DNA of 64,000 nucleotides from the IMG/VR virus record IMGVR_UViG_3300047322_001237, positions 1 through 64,000 of that record; one strand, 5' to 3'. Within the stretch, counting starts at the first letter, position 1, and every line of letters begins with the position of its first letter. The position numbers and the translations under genes were made by a program. The notes beneath the pieces are model-generated. The model was not told the DNA's origin, made no database searches, and saw nothing but the letters and a program-made list of their open reading frames with translations. Below, one piece after another: positions 17,607 to 26,523 of the stretch.

Positions 17607-19232
17607 TTAATCCCCGGTCAGGTTGTGCAGCACCAGGTTCACTGTGGAGACTGCTACGCTTGCGAGTGCTCGTCCGTCCGTGCCCACGTAGGCGCGCCGG
17701 CTGGCGAGGAAGTCGTCAACTTCTTGAATGCTTTCGTCGGTGTAGGTGACGTTGCCCGAGGACGTGTCGCCGTCGAAGTCAGCGCCCATCAGACCCAGCT
17801 TCGAGCTGTGCGGAACCAGCGAGTTGATGAACGCGCCACCGTCGACAGGGAACTCGTAGGCGATATAGTCGTCACCAATCGGGTTCCAGTCCGGTCCCAG
17901 TTCCTTGCGACGCTCCGAGAGCACCGTCGTGCGAACGTGTGCCTTACTCGGTACGATCGAGCCGATACCCGTGATGGGGTAGCGGGTGACGAAGAGCGGC
18001 AGACGATCCATCTCCCGATAGGTCGAGAGGTAGAGCAACTGGCAGAACGTAATGGGCGAGACGTCTTTCTTGTCGCGACCCTCGGGCAACTCGTCGATGC
18101 CGTTCATCAATCGGAAAGTCATGTCGGGGCCGCGGTAGATGAGGCCCAAGTACTTGCCGTCGATCTCGATCGGTTTGTGCCGCAGATCTTCTTCGCCAAA
18201 CGCCGTTAGGATCTTCTCGATCCCTTCGCTCGTCATCCAGCGATCGAAGTAATCCATCGACAGCTGCGTTGGCTCAGTCTGCAGCGTCTTCTTGTTCACG
18301 AGCTTTGCAGCGATGCCCGCACCCGGGAAGACCTTCTGGAGAAAGCCGTTGCGGATGTGGTAGACGGCGACCGGTCGCGCGGCCTTGAGCATCTGGTACA
18401 GGCCGATCACGGTGTTGTTGAAGCCCACGTTGCCGGGCGCGCCGAGATAGGCAGCGGAAGTGTCCATCGCCGTGATCACGTTTCGCGTACCGTCAAACAC
18501 GCGGCGACTTGCCCACTTGCCCATCAGCAGCTTGCGCTTGCCTTCCACCATGCTCTCGAGCAGGTCATAGAGCTTGTTGAAGGTCATCTGCAGGCTGTAG
18601 CGAACCGTGTTGATGATCTCGGGGTTCGTGCGCAGCGCCGAATCGGTCACGCTGTTGGACTTGGCGATGAGCTCACGGTAGATCGTGTTGATCTCGTCCT
18701 CGCGCACCCGGCCATCCGGGCCGATTTCCAGATCGCGCATGCCCGCAGGCATCACCACGATCTTCGAGGTCATGCCTTTTTCCTTGAACTTCTCGATGAG
18801 CAGGATGTTCTGCTCACGCGTGTCGCTCTTCGTCTTCTCGAAGACGATGTTCTTCCAGTTCGACACAAAGAACTGAAAGCCCGTCTTTCCGTTCACCGGA
18901 TCGCTACGCTCGAAGTCGCGGATCTCCGGATTCCATACGGCGTACTCCGCGCCCGAGATGATGTCGCCGTATAGACGCTTCAGGCTCACGAGCGCACGGA
19001 AGATCACCGGGTGAAAGATCGGTACGCGGATATCGATGAAGGAAAAGCGTTGCGAGCGCTTCTCGTCGCCGACCTTGCCGAAGATGCTCACGGAGAACAG
19101 GCCGTCCTCAGCGAAGTTGTTGCTGTTGCCGTCGAAGAAGGCGAGTGAGGTCACAGGCTTCAGACCCTGCAACTTGGCTGGCGTCAAGTCCAGCAAGCTC
19201 AGATTGAAAGGAATCGCAGAACGCTGAGGCAT
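17607..19232 (-). CDS. rpoC: Virion RNA polymerase beta-prime subunit with catalytic motif (phiKZ gp180-like)
   Basis: Catalytic ADFDGD motif, plus DGLFSVSIFG, VVMPAGMRD, GKRKLLMGKWASRRV and TRYP. Confidence 0.93.
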   Translation of the reverse strand: MPQRSAIPFNLSLLDLTPAKLQGLKPVTSLAFFDGNSNNFAEDGLFSVSIFGKVGDEKRSQRFSFIDIRVPIFHPVIFRALVSLKRLYGDIISGAEYAVWNPEIRDFERSDPVNGKTGFQFFVSNWKNIVFEKTKSDTREQNILLIEKFKEKGMTSKIVVMPAGMRDLEIGPDGRVREDEINTIYRELIAKSNSVTDSALRTNPEIINTVRYSLQMTFNKLYDLLESMVEGKRKLLMGKWASRRVFDGTRNVITAMDTSAAYLGAPGNVGFNNTVIGLYQMLKAARPVAVYHIRNGFLQKVFPGAGIAAKLVNKKTLQTEPTQLSMDYFDRWMTSEGIEKILTAFGEEDLRHKPIEIDGKYLGLIYRGPDMTFRLMNGIDELPEGRDKKDVSPITFCQLLYLSTYREMDRLPLFVTRYPITGIGSIVPSKAHVRTTVLSERRKELGPDWNPIGDDYIAYEFPVDGGAFINSLVPHSSKLGLMGADFDGDTSSGNVTYTDESIQEVDDFLASRRAYVGTDGRALASVAVSTVNLVLHNLTGD

Positions 19233-19261
19233 TTAGTGTTCCTACTTAAAAACGGGAAATC

Positions 19262-19298
19262 TATGAGGGGTCGCGAAGTTCCGCGGCCCTATTTTTTT
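19262..19298 (+). promoter_or_regulatory. Candidate late promoter TATG followed by a leader hairpin and T tract
   Basis: ctatg-aggggtcgcg-aagttc-cgcggccct-attttttt in the divergent gap before the tape measure gene. Confidence 0.5.
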
Positions 19299-19308
19299 GG
19301 AGTCGCTT

Positions 19309-22300
19309 ATGGCCAAGAAAAAGAAGTTGTCCGCCGTCGACGACTTTGGCTTCGACGAAGATCTGGATTTCGCGTCGGATTGGAACGCTTCCGCACCGAA
19401 GGGTAAGAAGAAGGACGACCGGAAGCCCACGACCCAAGCGGCAATGGATTTTGGTAAGGGTGCAGTGAGCGGCGTCTGGGACTCGGCCCGGAGCAGCTCG
19501 TTCATCAAGAAGACCATCAAATCGGCCTTGCCGACGGGCTATGGAACAGCCCTCGACATGGCAGATCAGTCCTCTGCGTCCCTGCGGACTCTATACAATT
19601 CGTCCGTTAAAGAGGTTCGGCCGCTGCTCAACGACATGAAGCGGGCGACCAATAAGCTGCTTCCCACGACGGAAAAATTCCTGCCGAAAAAGGTTCAGGA
19701 ACGTCTCAAATCGTGGTCCGAGTCGAGCGACAATGGCTCGACCGGTATCTCGGAAGAAGCGTCTCGTCACGCCGCACTCCAGTCCACGCTGGGTGACATC
19801 TTCAAGTTTCAGGCTGAGACGAACGCCCAACAGCGCGCGGAAGACAAGGCCGAATCCGACATCCAGAAGACGATCGATAACGACCGCTCCAATAACCAGT
19901 TGGGGCAGCTGAACTCGATGCGAATCGCGCTGCAGCGACTGGCGGATTATCAAGACCGGGTGACGGTCAACTTCCAGCGCAAGTCGCTTGAGATCCAATA
20001 CCGTCACTACTTTGTCGCGATGGACTCGCTGGCGGAGCAAAAGGCACAGGGTGCGCGCAATAAGGAGCTGCTGGAGAACATCCAGAAGAACACCGCATTG
20101 CCGGACGTGCTCAAGATCAAGATGCGCGAAGACTGGCCGACCCTCGCGCGGAACAAGTTCTTCGGCAATGTGGGCGGCATGGTCCTTGGTCAGCGCTCCG
20201 CATTCATGCGCAACTTGACCGACCGTATCCAGAAGCAGGTTTCATCCAGCCTGTCGGGATTCGTGGGCGGTGCGCAGATGGCGCTGAGTGCTGCCGACAT
20301 GGCGGCCGACACGAGCGACATGTTGGGTGAAGGTGGCCCTAGCAAATCCCAGATGGCTGGCGAATTCGCTGGTGGTCTGGTGGCGGACTCGTTGGGGGCC
20401 AAGGCTGGGCGCTGGGTCGGGAAGAAACTCAAAGGCACACGCCTCGGAGACAAGATCGACAGGTACGGCAACAAGGCACAGTACTACGCCGGTAACGCTC
20501 CGCAGCACCTGACGGAATGGGCACACTCCGACCACCTCAATGACGTCCCGCTCGTGGGCGGTGGCATCCGCTGGCTGAAGGACCAGATCCGTGCGTCGAC
20601 CGGGGTTGAGACCGGAATGCACGTCGACAACCTGCGCAATCTTCAGGACCCGGCGCCGTTCAACGGAATAGCTCGCAAGTCGCTCACGGAAGTCATCCCG
20701 GGCTACCTCGCACGCATCTATCGTGAGCTGCAGATTCTGCGCACGGGCAACGCCAAAACCGAACTCACGACCTACGACTACACCAAGAACGCGTTCCATA
20801 GCCGAAGCGAGATGGCGAAGAATGCGTTCGGTTCACTCGTGCGAAAGGAGGACAAAGCCTGGGTGAGCGAGAAGGGCCGGAACCTGGTCGATCACCTCGA
20901 GAAGGAGAGCGGGGTCCAGCTCACGAAGAAGCAGCGCAAGGCACTGCTGCGCCGGATGATGCAGGACAACCTGATGAACCGGACGGGGTCGGCGAAGCGT
21001 TATAGCGACGTCTTCAGCTATGGCGGCGACGATGCCGAACACGCTGGGACGTTCGCGAAGCTGTTCGAGAATTACTTTAAGGACGACCACGACGGCCGCA
21101 AGCAGATGCGCTTCCAAGCGCGATTCGCCGACCTCGGGGCGGGCATGGGTGATCCGCGGGCCGCAATCCAGGACATGATGAACAGCGGCATGCTGGATGT
21201 AGTCATGCAGACCGGGCTGGTCAAGAGCGGTCGGCTGGATCTCGACAAGCTGATGGACTATTACCTGCACGACACGTTCAATCCGGCAGCGAGCTACGCC
21301 GGCGGCAACGTTCGTCCGATGGGTGGCGGTGGTAGTCACGGTATCCATGCGTCGATGGCCACACGCCATCGCGGTGCACAGCGCGTGAAGGGGCAGTCCC
21401 CGCGTAAGAAGCGCCGCCGCGCGTTTACACCGACTGCGCGCCATCGGCCGTCTGCGCAGGCCCTCGGAGCGATGAACTGGAACGCGGGGCAGCGCCACGT
21501 GCCTGACGGTATGGACGAATGGCTGCGTGCTCTGGACGAGCAACACGACGAACCGGCAGAAGCGACACAGCACCACCTGAACATCGGTGGCCGCACGACG
21601 ACGGAAACGGGTGTCAAAGACTGCTGCAATCAGACGCCGGTCATCGAGGCCATCAAGGCAAGCAGCAGCAAATCAATTTCGGAGAAGATCCATGAAACTC
21701 TACTCGCGATTCAAAAGAAGGTCGAAGAAGGTATTGATGTCCGTCATTATCGCTCGGGCGTTGGAAATCACGTGGATGAGGCCGGTGGAGGTGGCGTACG
21801 ACGCGCGAAGAATCTGCTGAAGTGGACGCTCGGTGATTTTGGCGGTGCCGTAGCCGACGCCGGCAAGTGGGGCGTCGATAAGGTCAAGGACGGCGTGAAG
21901 GGTGCGTGGGACTGGTGGAAGGGTCCGTCGCCCATGATGGACAAGGTCAAGGGCTGGGGCAAGTCCGGTCTCGGCGCGATCACAGGCGGTGGTAAGAAGG
22001 CACTGGCTTATGCCAAGAGCTTCGACGACATCTACGTGCCGGGATCGAAAGAGCCTGTCCTCCTCGCTTGGAAGATGCGTGCCGGTCACTACCGTGACAA
22101 GGCGACGGGCAAGATCATCAAGTCCTACAAGGACATCACCGGCGACGTCGAGGACATCTTCGACAACGACAACATCGTGCTCGAGGCCAAGGACATCGGC
22201 CGCGCCTACAGCAAGAGCAAGATGGGCGTGAAGGCGATCTCTGCATTGGGGTCGGCAGGGAAGGGAATCAGAGGCGCTTACGACAGTATCGCCGGCGGAA

Positions 22301-25300
22301 TCTTCAAGCTGGCACCCGGGGCACTTGAAGCGGGTATCAAGCTCGCACGCAAAGGTCTCGACCTGCTCGACCAGCCGATCGACATCTACGTTAGGGGCAA
22401 GAACGACCCGGTCATGCTGGCGATCATGATGCGCTCCGGTGCCTACCGGTCGCAGATCAGCGGGAAGCCGATCACGCGCCCGAGCCTCATTGATGGTCCG
22501 GTCGAAGACATCAGCGACGCGAACAATCCGGTTCTCGTTGTGACGAAGGAAGATCTCGTCAAGGGCCTCGTCGATCGGAACGGAGAACCGCTCAAGACGC
22601 CGCTCGCCAAGGCATTCGCCCTAGCGAAGAAGCCATTCGCAATGGCGGGGCGCGCGCTGTCGAAGGGCTTCCAGATGGCGAAGACCTTCGTCTCTGCACC
22701 GTTCAAGGCACTGGGTAACTGGTTCGAGAACTGGTTGGGCAAGGACGGCATCGTCTTTGCCGGCTCCCGCACCATGATCGATCGCCTCACGGAGATCCGC
22801 GACATCCTCACTGAGCGTTTGCCGCGCCCGAAGAAACGCCTCTTGGGGGACGATGGCGAAGGCTTCGTCAAGGGTTCCTGGCAAGAGAAGGAGCACGAGA
22901 AGGAACACGCCGGTGACGGTAAGGCTGGCGAGACCGGAATGGGCGCTGCTCTGTCCAAAATTAAGGACGCGATCAAGGGTTTGTCGGATCGCTTCAAGAA
23001 GAAGGACGAGCAGGAGGCCGAGGAGGCAGACGAAGCGACTGCAGGTAAGGGCTTCTTCCGGAAGGCGATCGGCAAGATTGCGCCTGGCTTGTCACGAGCG
23101 GGCAATATGCTTGGCGGGATGGCCAGTTCCCTCGGTATGAATCGTGTCGCCAAATTCCTGAGTGGTTCGTCGTTGCCACCTGAGTTGGCGAAGGACGGCA
23201 AGATCGCAGGCATGTACGCTGCGATGAAGGCTGCGATTCAGGACTCAGAGAGCGACGGTCTCGACGGCGGTGGAAAGGGGTTGTTTGGGAATGCCAAGCG
23301 GTTGCTGAAGCGCATTCCCGGCGCTGGCCGCGTAGGCAGGATGCTTGGGGGCGCGAAGAGCCTTGTCCGGAGCGGCATGGGTCGTCTTCTTGGCCGTGGC
23401 GCAATGGCGGCCGGTGAAGCTGGACTGGAAGGTGCGGCAGCTGTTGGCGCAGAAGGTGCGGCCGCGGCCACTGGTCTTGGCGCAGCAGAAGCAGGTTTGG
23501 GCGCGGCTGCACTGACCGGTGCCGAAGGTGCCGGCCTTCTTGCCGGTGCGACCGGAGGAGGTGCGCTTGTTGCCGGAGGCGCGACAGTGTTGTCCGGTAT
23601 CGCCACCGGTGCCGGCATGCTGGGCGCTGCGTTGCTTACTCCGGTTGGCCTTGGCATCGCGGGTGCTGCTTTGTTGGGCTATGGTCTCTACAAGGGCTAC
23701 AAAGCGCTGACGAAGAAAAGGCTGGACTCGCTGTCGACCTTGCGTTTCGCGCAGTACGGTTTCACGAAGGAGCAGGAGAAATCGTATCTGCAGGCCGTCT
23801 TCGGTCTTGAAGACAAACTGATGAAGGGCGTCGTCTTCCAAAACGGCCAAGCCAGTATCGACGCGAAGAAGGTGCCCGAGCTGCAGAAACCGAAGGAGAT
23901 CGCCGAAGGGTTCGATCTGGAGCTGAAGGACCAGCAGCAGTGTGCGAACTTTGCGCAGTGGTTCAGAGGTCGTTTCTGTCCGGTCTTCTTGAAGCACATG
24001 ACGGCCCTTCAGATGGCGAATGCCAACGTGAAGCTCGATGAGGTCGACTCGAAGCTCAAGTCCGACGAAAAGAAAAAGTACTTCGAGGGGGCGAAGTGGC
24101 CGCAGGGTCCGTACTACATCTCCGTCTCACCGTTCTGGGATCAGGCGAGCCTGCAGGCCGGGCCGGCATACGTCCAGAAGATCACACAGGAAGTTGCTGC
24201 TGAAATCGATAAGGACGCGGGGAAGAGGGACGGCGAGAAGGGAACCGCCGGCGTGGTTGCGAGTGCTGCTGCAGCTGCCGCATTGGCTGGGAAGACGCTG
24301 GATTCGGTGACGCCGAAGGACGCCGGGCAGGACAAGGCGAAAGCACTCGTTGCGCAGGCTCTGGGTATCAGCACCGCCAAGCCCAGCGAAACAGGGGTTG
24401 GTGGCAAGCCGATTGCGTCTTACGCGATCGATCCATCGCTCGCAAAGCCAGGCCAAAGACCGGACAAGGTCGAAACGCTCACGGGCGTGCGTTACCGGAC
24501 GTACGGCTTGAAGGACCTCGATGCCGACAAGTGCGCGCTGCTGCGGGCGCTCGAAGCGGAGACCTTCAAGTTCGTTCGCGTGACGAACGACGCCGCGCAG
24601 TTCAACGGCGATCCGGCACAGCTTCAGGAGAAGTTCGGTGCGCAGTTTGGTATTGCGGGTCACCACAATAACCAGGCGTACACCTGGAACGCATGGTTCA
24701 ACATGCGCTTCCTGCCCGTCTACCTGAACTACCTTGGCACGATGTCCAGGCTGAGCGGCGGACCCACCATGGTCGGTAAGCTCACCGGCCGGTCGGAGGA
24801 CATGCTTGAGCCGTTCCTTGCAGCACAAATCGCAAAGGCGATCGTGGGGACGCGTACACCGGATAGCAAGTCGGTGTGGGAGGTCACGCAATCCCCGTGG
24901 CCGGGCTACGCGATGAACACGGATCAAAAGTCCGTGCAAGGCGCGCTCGACTTCCTCGATGGCAAAAGCAAGGACAAGGTCAAGACGCTGAAGGATGGAA
25001 CGGGCGTGTCGAAGGACAAGCCGAAGGCCGATCCGAAGAAGTCCGACGATAAAAAGGAGGGCGACGGCGGGAAGGGCTGGACCAACTACTTGGCTGATAA
25101 GGCTGGGGAAGGTTGGAAGAGCGTCAAGGATTGGGCGAGCAATGCGTTCAACTCGGCGAAGAACGTGGTCAGCAACGTCGCGTCTTCGATTGGGAATGCT
25201 GCGGGCAAGGCATACGACTCCTTCAAGAACACGAAGGTCGGCGGTGCCATTGTCTCGGGCGTCAAGTCCGCTGGCAACTGGGTTGAGAAGAAGTATTCAG

Positions 25301-26442
25301 CGAGCGCTCAAGCAATCAAGAATGCTCTTCTCAAAGCGATGGTCGCGGCTGGCATTACGAAGCCCGAAGAGCAGGCAATGCTGATGGCGCAGTGCGATCA
25401 CGAGAGCGGAGGATTCAAGTCGCTCACGGAGAACCTGCACTATAGTGCGAGCAACCTGATGAAGGTGTTCGGTCCGAAGCATTTCCCGACCATGCAGGCC
25501 GCGCAGGAGGCAGTCGCCGGAGGCGAGCGAGGAATCGCTGACGCCGCCTACGGCGGTCGTCTGGGGAACAGCGATGCCGACGATGGGTACAAGTATCGTG
25601 GCCGAGGCATGATCCAGCTCACGGGCAAGGCGAACTACGCTCACTTCGGAAAGAAGATCGGGGTTGACCTGATCAACAACCCGGACCTCGCTTCCGAGCC
25701 GAATACCGCAGCAAAACTCGCTATTGCCTTCTGGCAAGAGAACGTGAAGGCGGCGGGTAAGAACGGTGACGTGCGAACGGCGACGCTTGGTGTCAACGGC
25801 GGTCTCAACGGCTTGAACGATCGTGCGTCGAAGTATCAGTTCTACCTCAAGCAGGCGCAGGACGGAAAGCTCGTCCCGGCCGACATTGCGGGCAAGACGG
25901 ACGGTAAGACGGATGGCGCCTCGGCAGCGCAGACTCCGGCAGCTGGCGGTTCGGCTCCGGCATCCGGCTCTGGCGCTCCGGCGACCGCACCTGCTTCGGA
26001 CGCGTCCAGCGGTTCGACCGGTGGTAGCGCGCCGTCGACGGCTTCCACTGCTCCTGCCACGTCTGGTTCAGCGGCGCCGTCAGCTCCTGCCGCTTCCACA
26101 GCGAGCAGTCCGGTAGACTCGCCGTTCGGCTTCGGAGGCTCGTCCGCCAAGCCCGTCGGCACCGGAAGTCGCAACATCGCGGCGGTTCAGCAAGCTCAGC
26201 ATGACGAGCACATGGACGCCTTAGGCGGTGTGGGCGACACGCTCGGCAAGTCGTTGAAGGTTCACGAGGAAAGCCTTGGCACGCTAAAGGCAATCCTTGC
26301 CCTGATGCAATCAACCGCGAAACCGAGCGATCAGGGCGCGGCACCTGCTCCTGCGAAGCCGATCGCGGGCACAGGAACGATTCAGTCCGGACCGGCTCAG
26401 CAGATGCCGACGCCGCCGGTGTCAATGCGGAAGATGGTCTGA
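19309..26442 (+). CDS. Tape measure protein (phiKZ gp181-like) with C-terminal GH19 glycoside hydrolase domain
   Basis: About 2377 aa from ATG 19309 (GGAG RBS). Ala/Gly-rich helical body. At ~25310-25860: AQCDHESGGF, ENLHYS, GYKYRGRGMIQLTGKANY and NPDL, the GH19 signature. Confidence 0.9.
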   Translation: MAKKKKLSAVDDFGFDEDLDFASDWNASAPKGKKKDDRKPTTQAAMDFGKGAVSGVWDSARSSSFIKKTIKSALPTGYGTALDMADQSSASLRTLYNSSVKEVRPLLNDMKRATNKLLPTTEKFLPKKVQERLKSWSESSDNGSTGISEEASRHAALQSTLGDIFKFQAETNAQQRAEDKAESDIQKTIDNDRSNNQLGQLNSMRIALQRLADYQDRVTVNFQRKSLEIQYRHYFVAMDSLAEQKAQGARNKELLENIQKNTALPDVLKIKMREDWPTLARNKFFGNVGGMVLGQRSAFMRNLTDRIQKQVSSSLSGFVGGAQMALSAADMAADTSDMLGEGGPSKSQMAGEFAGGLVADSLGAKAGRWVGKKLKGTRLGDKIDRYGNKAQYYAGNAPQHLTEWAHSDHLNDVPLVGGGIRWLKDQIRASTGVETGMHVDNLRNLQDPAPFNGIARKSLTEVIPGYLARIYRELQILRTGNAKTELTTYDYTKNAFHSRSEMAKNAFGSLVRKEDKAWVSEKGRNLVDHLEKESGVQLTKKQRKALLRRMMQDNLMNRTGSAKRYSDVFSYGGDDAEHAGTFAKLFENYFKDDHDGRKQMRFQARFADLGAGMGDPRAAIQDMMNSGMLDVVMQTGLVKSGRLDLDKLMDYYLHDTFNPAASYAGGNVRPMGGGGSHGIHASMATRHRGAQRVKGQSPRKKRRRAFTPTARHRPSAQALGAMNWNAGQRHVPDGMDEWLRALDEQHDEPAEATQHHLNIGGRTTTETGVKDCCNQTPVIEAIKASSSKSISEKIHETLLAIQKKVEEGIDVRHYRSGVGNHVDEAGGGGVRRAKNLLKWTLGDFGGAVADAGKWGVDKVKDGVKGAWDWWKGPSPMMDKVKGWGKSGLGAITGGGKKALAYAKSFDDIYVPGSKEPVLLAWKMRAGHYRDKATGKIIKSYKDITGDVEDIFDNDNIVLEAKDIGRAYSKSKMGVKAISALGSAGKGIRGAYDSIAGGIFKLAPGALEAGIKLARKGLDLLDQPIDIYVRGKNDPVMLAIMMRSGAYRSQISGKPITRPSLIDGPVEDISDANNPVLVVTKEDLVKGLVDRNGEPLKTPLAKAFALAKKPFAMAGRALSKGFQMAKTFVSAPFKALGNWFENWLGKDGIVFAGSRTMIDRLTEIRDILTERLPRPKKRLLGDDGEGFVKGSWQEKEHEKEHAGDGKAGETGMGAALSKIKDAIKGLSDRFKKKDEQEAEEADEATAGKGFFRKAIGKIAPGLSRAGNMLGGMASSLGMNRVAKFLSGSSLPPELAKDGKIAGMYAAMKAAIQDSESDGLDGGGKGLFGNAKRLLKRIPGAGRVGRMLGGAKSLVRSGMGRLLGRGAMAAGEAGLEGAAAVGAEGAAAATGLGAAEAGLGAAALTGAEGAGLLAGATGGGALVAGGATVLSGIATGAGMLGAALLTPVGLGIAGAALLGYGLYKGYKALTKKRLDSLSTLRFAQYGFTKEQEKSYLQAVFGLEDKLMKGVVFQNGQASIDAKKVPELQKPKEIAEGFDLELKDQQQCANFAQWFRGRFCPVFLKHMTALQMANANVKLDEVDSKLKSDEKKKYFEGAKWPQGPYYISVSPFWDQASLQAGPAYVQKITQEVAAEIDKDAGKRDGEKGTAGVVASAAAAAALAGKTLDSVTPKDAGQDKAKALVAQALGISTAKPSETGVGGKPIASYAIDPSLAKPGQRPDKVETLTGVRYRTYGLKDLDADKCALLRALEAETFKFVRVTNDAAQFNGDPAQLQEKFGAQFGIAGHHNNQAYTWNAWFNMRFLPVYLNYLGTMSRLSGGPTMVGKLTGRSEDMLEPFLAAQIAKAIVGTRTPDSKSVWEVTQSPWPGYAMNTDQKSVQGALDFLDGKSKDKVKTLKDGTGVSKDKPKADPKKSDDKKEGDGGKGWTNYLADKAGEGWKSVKDWASNAFNSAKNVVSNVASSIGNAAGKAYDSFKNTKVGGAIVSGVKSAGNWVEKKYSASAQAIKNALLKAMVAAGITKPEEQAMLMAQCDHESGGFKSLTENLHYSASNLMKVFGPKHFPTMQAAQEAVAGGERGIADAAYGGRLGNSDADDGYKYRGRGMIQLTGKANYAHFGKKIGVDLINNPDLASEPNTAAKLAIAFWQENVKAAGKNGDVRTATLGVNGGLNGLNDRASKYQFYLKQAQDGKLVPADIAGKTDGKTDGASAAQTPAAGGSAPASGSGAPATAPASDASSGSTGGSAPSTASTAPATSGSAAPSAPAASTASSPVDSPFGFGGSSAKPVGTGSRNIAAVQQAQHDEHMDALGGVGDTLGKSLKVHEESLGTLKAILALMQSTAKPSDQGAAPAPAKPIAGTGTIQSGPAQQMPTPPVSMRKMV
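22027..22512 (+). repeat. Two-copy internal protein repeat in the tape measure
   Basis: DIYVPGSKEPVLLAWKMRAGHYRDKATGKII...DVEDI (22027) and DIYVRGKNDPVMLAIMMRSGAYRSQISGKPI...PVEDI (22381), period 118 codons. Confidence 0.8.
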
Positions 26443-26464
26443 TCCGTTTAATCTTGTAGTCCAG

Positions 26465-26502
26465 GCGAGGGAGGAGCTTCGGCTCTTCCTTCGCTTTTTT
26501 TT
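26465..26502 (+). terminator. Intrinsic terminator with UUCG loop
   Basis: gcgagggaggagc-ttcg-gctcttccttcgc-tttttttt after the tape measure stop. Confidence 0.85.
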
Positions 26503-26523
26503 CGCATCGTTTAGGAGTCCAAC

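Noticed and set aside
13243-19232. Multisubunit RNAP as evidence for a host chromosome or eukaryotic giant virus; possible inteins or introns in these genes
   Set aside because: The split subunits and contractile tail genes fit phiKZ-like vRNAP. Both ORFs are continuous, of expected size, with no Hint or homing endonuclease motifs seen.
21350-21460. PRKKRRR basic stretch in the tape measure as a nuclear localisation signal
   Set aside because: A single basic patch in a disordered region of a 2377-aa protein is unsurprising, and phage nucleus import is not NLS based.
23390-23700. Gly/Ala low-complexity tract in the tape measure (and similar tracts at 25900-26110 and 28250-28390) as a repeat element
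   Set aside because: In-frame low-complexity coding sequence common in tape measure and tail proteins, with no discrete DNA repeat unit.
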